The notes under the pieces were generated by a model, which saw nothing but the letters and a program-made list of their open reading frames with translations, was not told the DNA's origin and ran no database searches. 64,000 nucleotides of DNA from a virus. A program made the position numbers and the translations under genes. Below are positions 57,039 to 64,000 of this stretch, piece after piece (the stretch's first letter is position 1; the number at the start of each line of letters is the position of its first letter). The stretch covers positions 1 through 64,000 of the IMG/VR virus record IMGVR_UViG_3300009081_000012. One strand, given 5' to 3'.

Positions 57039-57620
57039 ATGGCAAATTTTACAGAAGCTTACAACATAACAATGAAAAATGAAGGTGGGTGGGTAAATGA
57101 TCCTACTGATGTAGGTGGGGAAACATACAAGGGGATTTCTCGTAGATATCATCCTTCTTGGATTGGTTGGAAAATTGTAGATGAATATAAAACTAAACCA
57201 GACTTTCCAAACACAGCTTATAATGATGATAATTTAAATTCTAAAGTAAAAGAATTCTACAAGTCTACTTTTTGGGATGTGAATCTTCTAGATGAAGTAG
57301 CTTCTCAGAAAATAGCAAATGAGATGTTCGACACAGGCGTTAATATGGGTGTTGGTAGAGCTGGAAAATTTTTACAGCGCGCACTTAATTTATTAAACAA
57401 GAGTGGTACTGTTTATCCTGACATAGTTGAAGATGGTCAGGTAGGACAAAACACACTTAAAGCTTTAAACAGTTATTTAGCTTATAAGGATGAATCGTTT
57501 GTCTATAAACTTATGAATATTTTACAAGGAATGCACTACATAGAATATATGACACAGAGCCCAACACAAGAAAAATTTGCGTTTGGGTGGTTAGAACGTG
57601 TCGAATTCATAAAAAAATAA
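57039..57620 (+). CDS. GH108 endolysin with peptidoglycan-binding domain
   Basis: EGGWVNDPTDVGGETYKGI; FDTGVNMG; DGQVGQNT; FGWLER. Confidence 0.92.
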   Translation: MANFTEAYNITMKNEGGWVNDPTDVGGETYKGISRRYHPSWIGWKIVDEYKTKPDFPNTAYNDDNLNSKVKEFYKSTFWDVNLLDEVASQKIANEMFDTGVNMGVGRAGKFLQRALNLLNKSGTVYPDIVEDGQVGQNTLKALNSYLAYKDESFVYKLMNILQGMHYIEYMTQSPTQEKFAFGWLERVEFIKK

Positions 57621-57694
57621 ATAGAGGTATTAAATCCAGCAGAACTTAAACAAATAGGCCTTTGTTCTGCGGGCCGTAAAAAGGAGATTGAAAA

Positions 57695-58483
57695 ATGATG
57701 TATAAAAACAATTTTGTAGCAGTAATAAAACATGAAGGTAGAATATTAAGAGAACGTGATGGTGGAAGTGTGTATTTACCGTTTGGAAGTGAATACTCAA
57801 TTCTGTTAAAAAACAAAGACTGTAGAAAAGCGTTGGTTGAAATAGAGGTTGATGGTATTAATGTTCTAAATGGTAATAAACTTATTCTTGGTGGTAATGA
57901 AGAACAAGAAATAAATGGTTTTATGCGTGATATGAATAAAACAAACAGATTTAAATTTATTCATAAAACAAAAGAAATACAGAATCATAGGGGTGATAGG
58001 ATAGACGATGGTTTGGTTAGAGTATCTTATCAATTTGAAAGCGTCCAAAAACCGATAATTTATAAAGATCCAAATACATATCAGTATCCTTATCCATGGA
58101 CTTTTACAGCCTATTATAGTGCTCCTAATATAGGAGCCGGTGGTAGTTATAATACCAATTCAATAGCTTGTGGTGATGTGTATGGTGGTGTGTATTCTGA
58201 TTCTGTTTGTGAGTCCAAACTTAACTGCTGTTCTGTACCATGTAAAGATGAAGGGATCACCGTGAAGGGTTCTGAAGTTAATAGTAATTATGTTTATGGT
58301 CATATTGGAACATTGGATTGTGATATTAACACAATAGTTATTCATTTGAGAGGTATGTCTGGTTCAAAGAAAACTATATCAAAACCATTAACGGTTAGAA
58401 CCAAAATTGGATGTTCTACTTGTGGTAGAAAGAACAGATCTTCAAATAAATTTTGTTATAATTGTGGTACATTTTTAAACTAA
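57695..58483 (+). CDS. conserved hypothetical protein with C-terminal zinc ribbon
   Basis: EYSILLKN..IEVDG; CSTCG..FCYNCG. Confidence 0.7.
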   Translation: MMYKNNFVAVIKHEGRILRERDGGSVYLPFGSEYSILLKNKDCRKALVEIEVDGINVLNGNKLILGGNEEQEINGFMRDMNKTNRFKFIHKTKEIQNHRGDRIDDGLVRVSYQFESVQKPIIYKDPNTYQYPYPWTFTAYYSAPNIGAGGSYNTNSIACGDVYGGVYSDSVCESKLNCCSVPCKDEGITVKGSEVNSNYVYGHIGTLDCDINTIVIHLRGMSGSKKTISKPLTVRTKIGCSTCGRKNRSSNKFCYNCGTFLN

Positions 58484-58499
58484 ACTATACGGTTAAAAT

Positions 58500-58889
58500 A
58501 TGCATTTAAAAGAATTGATTTATGAAAAAATAATGTTAGATGAAAAAATAGCCGAATTGGAATCTATTTTACATTATAGTGCTACTGATGTTATAACCAA
58601 AGCATTGTTAGACGCCATAGATTTGAGACAAAACAAATTATTAAGTATACATTCTGTCAACAATAAAAGTAAAATAAATATAGGTGACACTAAAGTAGAT
58701 ATCAATACGGCTATAATCATACGAAATACTATACAGCAGAAGATGGATATTTTAACTAATTTAATAAATGATAACAACTGTGCTTTAGATAAACTTGAAT
58801 TAATGGCTCAAAGAGATTCATATTACGAACAGGTTGTTCTTTTAAACATTGGTATTTTAAAGAATGATTTATCAATAGAGATAGGATAA
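58500..58889 (+). CDS. hypothetical coiled-coil protein
   Basis: ORF in operon. Confidence 0.55.
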   Translation: MHLKELIYEKIMLDEKIAELESILHYSATDVITKALLDAIDLRQNKLLSIHSVNNKSKINIGDTKVDINTAIIIRNTIQQKMDILTNLINDNNCALDKLELMAQRDSYYEQVVLLNIGILKNDLSIEIG

Positions 58890-58902
58890 GGAGATTATAA
58901 AA

Positions 58903-59571
58903 ATGCTTGTAGGCGTGGTAGGTAAGGCCAGATCTGGAAAGGATACTTTTGCTGTAATGTTGGCTGAAGAACTGTATGGTATTTTAAGATCAAAATTTAT
59001 TCTTATGGCCTATGCAACGGATCTTAAGGATAGGGTTCAACAGGATTTTGATTTACATTACGATCAGTTGTGGGGCGATGATAAAGAAGTTGAGGATAAA
59101 AGATACATTAAAAGCAAAAATAGAAAAGGAATTTTGCCATATTGTGCAGGTAATAGAGACGATGGTAAAGGTTTAGAGGTTCTTGAAGAAGTACAGTATT
59201 GGACAGGCAGGGAAATATTACAGGCATATGGTCAGTTTTTTAGAACAATAGATCATGATTATTGGGTGAAGAGTTTATTTAGAACTATAGACTATAAAGA
59301 ATATAAAAATGTTATAATAACAGATATTAGACATCCAAATGAAGCAGATGCTGTTGTAAATAGGGGCGGGTTTTTAATAAAAATAGTACGTAATGTTGAT
59401 AATAATATCCATGGCTCAAATCATATTTCAGAAGTAGCCATGGATAATTATGACAAAATGGACTTTGTTTTGACAAATGATGGTACAGTAGATGATCTTA
59501 GGGTTGTAGCCAAAGATACTGCAAAATTATTGGTTGCTACTCAAAAAATTAAACGAGCTAACGTTAATTAA
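58903..59571 (+). CDS. deoxynucleoside monophosphate kinase (T4 gp1-like)
   Basis: GKARSGKDT, REILQAYG, ITDIRHPNE, HISE. Confidence 0.88.
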   Translation: MLVGVVGKARSGKDTFAVMLAEELYGILRSKFILMAYATDLKDRVQQDFDLHYDQLWGDDKEVEDKRYIKSKNRKGILPYCAGNRDDGKGLEVLEEVQYWTGREILQAYGQFFRTIDHDYWVKSLFRTIDYKEYKNVIITDIRHPNEADAVVNRGGFLIKIVRNVDNNIHGSNHISEVAMDNYDKMDFVLTNDGTVDDLRVVAKDTAKLLVATQKIKRANVN

Positions 59572-59591
59572 AAATAGGAGGAATTATTAAA

Positions 59592-59951
59592 ATGCCTAAA
59601 AACAGTTCAAAAGGTTTTAATGTAGCGATTGATCCAGCTAATGTAATGTATACAAACATTAGTACATCGAAAGATGGCTACAACTCAGCCAACGTTATTG
59701 TCAAAGTTGGAGAAAAAGAATATTTGAGAGTATCGTGTGAGTGGGAAGGAGACAACATTCCAGGTTTTGCAATGGATCTTATGGCTTTTATGAAAAGCAA
59801 TAAAATGGAAAAATCAGGCGTGTGGACCGGTAAAGAAGAAGCTTATGCTGAATTTTCTGCTAAGAAAGCCAAGAAAGAGGACAAGAAGAAAGAAGAAATG
59901 TGTTCAGAGTGTAATAAACCTATGTCTGAATGTACATGTGATGAAGAATAA
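59592..59951 (+). CDS. hypothetical protein with Lys-rich and Cys-rich tail
   Basis: GGAGG SD; CSECNKPMSECTC. Confidence 0.6.
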   Translation: MPKNSSKGFNVAIDPANVMYTNISTSKDGYNSANVIVKVGEKEYLRVSCEWEGDNIPGFAMDLMAFMKSNKMEKSGVWTGKEEAYAEFSAKKAKKEDKKKEEMCSECNKPMSECTCDEE

Positions 59952-59997
59952 TTGTTGTAAGTTATTCTAAAAACTTGAATAAAAGGAGGTGCTTATT

Positions 59998-60054
59998 ATG
60001 GCCAAAAAGGGTAGTAAAGGTGGTAAAGGCGGTAAAGGTGGTTGTGGTAAATAG
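59998..60054 (+). CDS. 18-aa Lys/Gly micropeptide MAKKGSKGGKGGKGGCGK
   Basis: strong AAGGAGGT SD; synonymous variation among Gly codons. Confidence 0.55.
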   Translation: MAKKGSKGGKGGKGGCGK

Positions 60055-60058
60055 TTTA

Positions 60059-60086
60059 TTGACAAATAGTATTTAATGATTATTAT
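60059..60086 (+). promoter_or_regulatory. sigma70-like promoter
   Basis: TTGACA-16-TATTAT. Confidence 0.6.
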
Positions 60087-60145
60087 ATATAATACACCGA
60101 CGTGGTGTTAAGTATTTCATAAATGTTTGCAGGGGGTGACCACAG

Positions 60146-60226
60146 TTGGCCAAAAAGGGCAAAAAGGATAAGAAGGACAAAGAACCTAAGAAAGAGGAAA
60201 AAGACAAAGGTAAGAAAAAGAAGTAA
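60146..60226 (+). CDS. 26-aa Lys-rich micropeptide MAKKGKKDKKDKEPKKEEKDKGKKKK
   Basis: AGGGGGTG SD, TTG start, same MAKKG start as its neighbour. Confidence 0.5.
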   Translation: MAKKGKKDKKDKEPKKEEKDKGKKKK

Positions 60227-60256
60227 AAAGTAGTTGTACATTATGTTTGCTATTAA

Positions 60257-60303
60257 GATAAGAGTTCATCGTAAATTAGATGAACTCTTATCGAAAAGTT
60301 TTT
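60257..60303 (+). terminator. hairpin/terminator
   Basis: GATAAGAGTTCATC-loop-GATGAACTCTTATC, perfect 14-bp stem. Confidence 0.55.
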
Positions 60304-60350
60304 GTTTGTTGTTTTATATTTACAAAAATTAGTACATAGGGGTGATTATC

Positions 60351-60596
60351 ATGCCGATACCAATAGAAGACTTTCAATTACCATCTTTTATAAAATTACA
60401 GGAAAAGTATCCACTTTCTTACGACAAAAATGCCAAGTATAATGAATTTTGTCCACGTGATTTTGTAGGTAGATATAATCACGATGAGGGTTATGAAGGA
60501 GTGTTTAAACAGGCCGGATATAATCCGAATCATCAATCAACAAGGGTTGAAAGAATACAGTTAAGATCTGAAACTATAACATTAAAACCATATTAA
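60351..60596 (+). CDS. hypothetical protein
   Basis: ORF with SD. Confidence 0.5.
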   Translation: MPIPIEDFQLPSFIKLQEKYPLSYDKNAKYNEFCPRDFVGRYNHDEGYEGVFKQAGYNPNHQSTRVERIQLRSETITLKPY

Positions 60597-60608
60597 AGGG
60601 AGAAAATT

Positions 60609-61181
60609 ATGCGTGTTTTGTCGGACGAGGAAAAGGTTGACTTATTCAGTAATGAATTAAAATTGATTTACGATCCAATTATAAAAGAATTTACAAGACT
60701 TTGTTTATTACACTGCCCTGATTATTTTTTTCTTGATTGTCCAGCAAGCTCTAGTGGTAAATATCACAGTATAGACGAACTTTCTGGTGATGGTACTGTA
60801 ATCCATACAAAAAGAGTTTTTACTGTTGCTTATGATTTATGTGTAGGTTTGGGTTGTGATAAAAGCAGAGACTTGATTTTATCAGCATGTATAATACACG
60901 ATCTGGTTAAACAAGGGAGAGTTAAAACAGGGCATACGGTTAAGAATCATCCAGCTCTTGCAGCAGAATTAATAAATCAAATACAAGAGGCTACGCAGCT
61001 TTTAAACGAAAGGGACTATAACATTATTCGTAATTGTGTTGGATACCATTATGGACTGTGGAGTACTTCTCCGTGGTCTAAATCCTTAAACGAATATACA
61101 CAAGAAGAGCTGTGTGTTTATATGTCTGATTATATTGCATCAAAAAAATGTGTTTCAGTAAACTATGTACGAGAGGGTTAA
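60609..61181 (+). CDS. HD-domain phosphohydrolase
   Basis: PASSSGKYH, HTK, IIHDLVK, HYG, SDY. Confidence 0.85.
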   Translation: MRVLSDEEKVDLFSNELKLIYDPIIKEFTRLCLLHCPDYFFLDCPASSSGKYHSIDELSGDGTVIHTKRVFTVAYDLCVGLGCDKSRDLILSACIIHDLVKQGRVKTGHTVKNHPALAAELINQIQEATQLLNERDYNIIRNCVGYHYGLWSTSPWSKSLNEYTQEELCVYMSDYIASKKCVSVNYVREG

Positions 61182-61186
61182 TTTTA

Positions 61187-61510
61187 ATGAATACAGAATT
61201 TGTAAAAAATTTATCAAAAACAATATTGAATACGCCTATTAATCAAGAACTTACACCTGGTTCTGTAGATAGACGGTACGAGCCAGCCAGTGGCATTAAA
61301 AAACACAGAGAAAGAATTCACAACGAAAGTAAAAGTGCTGATAATAAAAATTTACCGTTTACTTTTAGGAAACCAATTAAACCTAGGAGTCGTGCTACTT
61401 ATTTACGTTGTAATAATTGTGGCCACATAGTTTCTGCCTCGTTGAATACTGTTGGTATTATATGTAACAACTGTAAAAAATATTCAAGTGTTACGGAGGT
61501 AGAAAGTTGA
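61187..61510 (+). CDS. Zn-ribbon hypothetical protein
   Basis: CNNCG..CNNC. Confidence 0.55.
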   Translation: MNTEFVKNLSKTILNTPINQELTPGSVDRRYEPASGIKKHRERIHNESKSADNKNLPFTFRKPIKPRSRATYLRCNNCGHIVSASLNTVGIICNNCKKYSSVTEVES

Positions 61511-61929
61511 CTGGTAGTGGAAGTGGTAAAAGGGGTCGTCCATTAGGATTTAAGTTAAGTGAGTTCAGCAGGCGCTCTATTAGTATGTCCAAAAAAGGAC
61601 AAAGACACAAGCCTGAAACAATAGAAAAAATATCAAGATCACTGACAATGTTTTTTAGAAGGCGTGATCCACTATCTGAAGAAATTACAATTAAGTATTG
61701 TAAGTTAGAAGATGATAGAGAATTTGTAGATTGGATGGATGATGCACACGACGAGCTCGATGCTGATGAAGCAATTCTGACAGAGAAATCTATGCGTAAT
61801 AGAGAAAAGACAGAAATAGCGTGTGGACATAATATTGAATATTTTAGTCATAGTATAACGCCTGAATTTTTATTGTTACTAAAGGAAGAGGTTTTAGCTT
61901 GTGGAGAATCCTTATATGATCTATATTAA
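61507..61929 (+). CDS. NUMOD3-like DNA-binding protein
   Basis: KRGRP..LSEFSRRSISMSKKGQRHKPETIEKIS. Confidence 0.55.
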   Translation: MTGSGSGKRGRPLGFKLSEFSRRSISMSKKGQRHKPETIEKISRSLTMFFRRRDPLSEEITIKYCKLEDDREFVDWMDDAHDELDADEAILTEKSMRNREKTEIACGHNIEYFSHSITPEFLLLLKEEVLACGESLYDLY

Positions 61930-61946
61930 CCGGGGGAATAATTAAA

Positions 61947-62486
61947 ATGGGTGGTTCTGGAAGTGGTAGACCAAGAAATGCTCCGTCACCAAAAAAAATG
62001 TTGAAAGAGATATTTCCAATAGGTGATATTTTTGATACTGATGAGATAAGCATGTACAATGATTTAATAGATGTTTATTTATCTGATTTTGATAAAGATG
62101 AACTAACATCAAGTGATATGGACGATATAATGGATTTGGCTAAAAACAGAATTCTTGAATTTAGACTTCTTAAAGAAAGTAAAGGCAGTTCAGATAAACA
62201 AATAGATGTGGCAGCTACCATAGAAAAAATGTCAAAGAAGAATGAAAAAATAAAAGAAAGTTTGTCATCCCGCCGTAAAGATAGAATAAATCCAAACGAA
62301 TTCAAAGGGTTTTCAATAGTTGATTTAGCAGTGGCCTATGATCAATCAAAGAAACAAGATCTTAACGAAAGGGTTTCTAAACTTAGACACGAAGAAACAC
62401 TTTTGTTAGAGAGTAGAAAAGACTACAAAGGCAATAGTGAAGATGCAGACAGATCTTCTATAAAAAGTGAAGACGTTGAACAATAA
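61947..62486 (+). CDS. hypothetical protein, candidate terminase small subunit
   Basis: GRP motif; helical; directly upstream of terL. Confidence 0.45.
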   Translation: MGGSGSGRPRNAPSPKKMLKEIFPIGDIFDTDEISMYNDLIDVYLSDFDKDELTSSDMDDIMDLAKNRILEFRLLKESKGSSDKQIDVAATIEKMSKKNEKIKESLSSRRKDRINPNEFKGFSIVDLAVAYDQSKKQDLNERVSKLRHEETLLLESRKDYKGNSEDADRSSIKSEDVEQ

Positions 62487-64000
62487 CAAAAAATTAAGCA
62501 AAAACTATGATGAAGTATTAAATAATGGTGTTGAACTAATAAAATTTTATCATGACAATCCATGTATAGCCGTCCACGATTTATTAGGAGTTGATCTTGC
62601 ACCAATACAGCGTGTTGTTTTTGAAGATATGTGGTTTAAAAATTTTATTATTACTGTGGCTACTCGTGGATTTGGAAAAACTTTTATGTTAGGTACTTTA
62701 GCCACGCTAAGCTGTTTGCTTAAACCAGGCTATCGTGTTGGATTAATTGGAAAAGTTTTCAGACAAAGTAAAATGATCTTTTCAGAAGTTGAAAAACTAT
62801 ATCAACAGTCGTCAATTTTACGCGAAGCGTGTTCTAAACCACCAACCAGGGGCTCCGATTCTTGTTATCTTAAATTCAAATCAGTGGGTGGTATGACCCC
62901 GTCATACATTGAAGCTTTGCCTTTAGGTGATGATGGTAGCAAAATAAGAGGATCTCGTTTTTATTTGGTGCTTATAGATGAGTTGGCTCAAATTCCAAAT
63001 CAGATATTAGACATGGTTATTAGGCCTATGGGCGCTACATCTTTAGCTCCTATGGAAAGAGTAAGGCGTTTAGAACAGAAAAACAAACTTATAGAAAAAG
63101 GATTAGCCGTAGAATCTGATTTTGATACAGAAACTGTAAATAAGATGGTTATGACGTCGTCAGGTTATTATAAATTTAATCATATGTGGAGACGTATGAA
63201 TGACTATTGGCGTCAGATAGAGATAGCAAAAAAAACTAGCACACAATCACAATTCGCCGTGTGGCAAATACCGCATTGGGATTTACCTGAAGGTTTTCTT
63301 GATAAAAATAATATTGATGAAGCACGTCGTGTTATGTCCCATTCTGAATTTAGAATGGAATACGAAGCGGCTATGGTGTCTGATTCTGAAGGATTTTTTA
63401 AAGCGTCATTATTAGAGGCTTGCACTCTTGGTAATAATTTTGGATTAGAAACATCAGGTGATACCTCTAGTCAATATGTGCTTGGAATAGATCCAAACCA
63501 GGGTGGTAGAGCAAGTTGTGGTTTAGTGGTTGTTAAATTAGGTTTATCAAATAAAATTGTAGTCGTGTCTGAATTAAAAAATCAAACCACACAGCAAATG
63601 ACACAAGCTATACAAGATGTTTGTGAATCGTTTAACATTGTAAGAGTGTTTATGGATAGAGGTGGTGGTGGTAAAGCGATTTGTGATTTACTGGAAGACG
63701 GCTATAACAATAAAACACCATTAATAGACAGAACAAATGAAGAACATAAACATATGCAGGGCAGACATGTTTTGGAGATGGTTAATTTTAATCCAAGTTG
63801 GATAGCTGATGCTAATTTTACGACTAAAGCCATGTTCGAAGAAAAAAAATTATTGTTTCCAGAACTATCATTGAATACTACACAGGACTACGAAGTTTTA
63901 AACTATGAGAGCGTTAATACATTAAAATCTCAATTATTAAATATAATAGTAACACCAACATCTACTGGATTACTACATTTCGACACACCCCAAAAAGGAC
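62467..64000 (+). CDS. terL: terminase large subunit (truncated by window end; not in ORF track)
   Basis: open frame with LAPIQR, ATRGFGKT (Walker A), IRGSR..LIDE (Walker B), YVLGIDP nuclease start. Confidence 0.9.
   Translation, partial: MKTLNNNKKLSKNYDEVLNNGVELIKFYHDNPCIAVHDLLGVDLAPIQRVVFEDMWFKNFIITVATRGFGKTFMLGTLATLSCLLKPGYRVGLIGKVFRQSKMIFSEVEKLYQQSSILREACSKPPTRGSDSCYLKFKSVGGMTPSYIEALPLGDDGSKIRGSRFYLVLIDELAQIPNQILDMVIRPMGATSLAPMERVRRLEQKNKLIEKGLAVESDFDTETVNKMVMTSSGYYKFNHMWRRMNDYWRQIEIAKKTSTQSQFAVWQIPHWDLPEGFLDKNNIDEARRVMSHSEFRMEYEAAMVSDSEGFFKASLLEACTLGNNFGLETSGDTSSQYVLGIDPNQGGRASCGLVVVKLGLSNKIVVVSELKNQTTQQMTQAIQDVCESFNIVRVFMDRGGGGKAICDLLEDGYNNKTPLIDRTNEEHKHMQGRHVLEMVNFNPSWIADANFTTKAMFEEKKLLFPELSLNTTQDYEVLNYESVNTLKSQLLNIIVTPTSTGLLHFDTPQKG

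Overview
This window is 64 kb of a large, AT-rich tailed bacteriophage genome. It has sigma70-type promoters, GGAGG Shine-Dalgarno sites and the standard genetic code. A bacteriohemerythrin and a radical-SAM gene hint at an anaerobic host (inference). Bases 1-2.7 kb form a motif-rich control region: a promoter, ten 16-bp direct repeats, then a ribbon-helix-helix gene. Bases 2.7-16.4 kb are a leftward, early-type block (SSB, SLOG, nucleotidyltransferase, NADAR, many small ORFs) with unusually many structured non-coding elements. These include a ~150-nt tRNA-like RNA with a 13-bp acceptor/T helix and an expanded anticodon domain, a type III hammerhead ribozyme fused to a pseudoknot, five covarying double-hairpin elements, a ~170-nt multi-stem RNA and a ~600-bp GC-rich hairpin field. 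Bases 16.9-64 kb are transcribed rightward. They carry accessory and metabolic genes (MazG-like, ThyA, tRNA-Thr), a 13-gene glycosylation cluster with a probable UDP-L-QuiNAc pathway, Dam plus a PD-(D/E)XK nuclease, and a small alarmone hydrolase. Further right are a duplicated beta-propeller module, hemerythrin, PIN-PhoH, MetAP, ClpP, an actin-fold ATPase, a GH108 endolysin, a dNMP kinase and the terminase large subunit, which is cut by the window end. All calls come from motif recognition by eye; no searches or folding programs were run.
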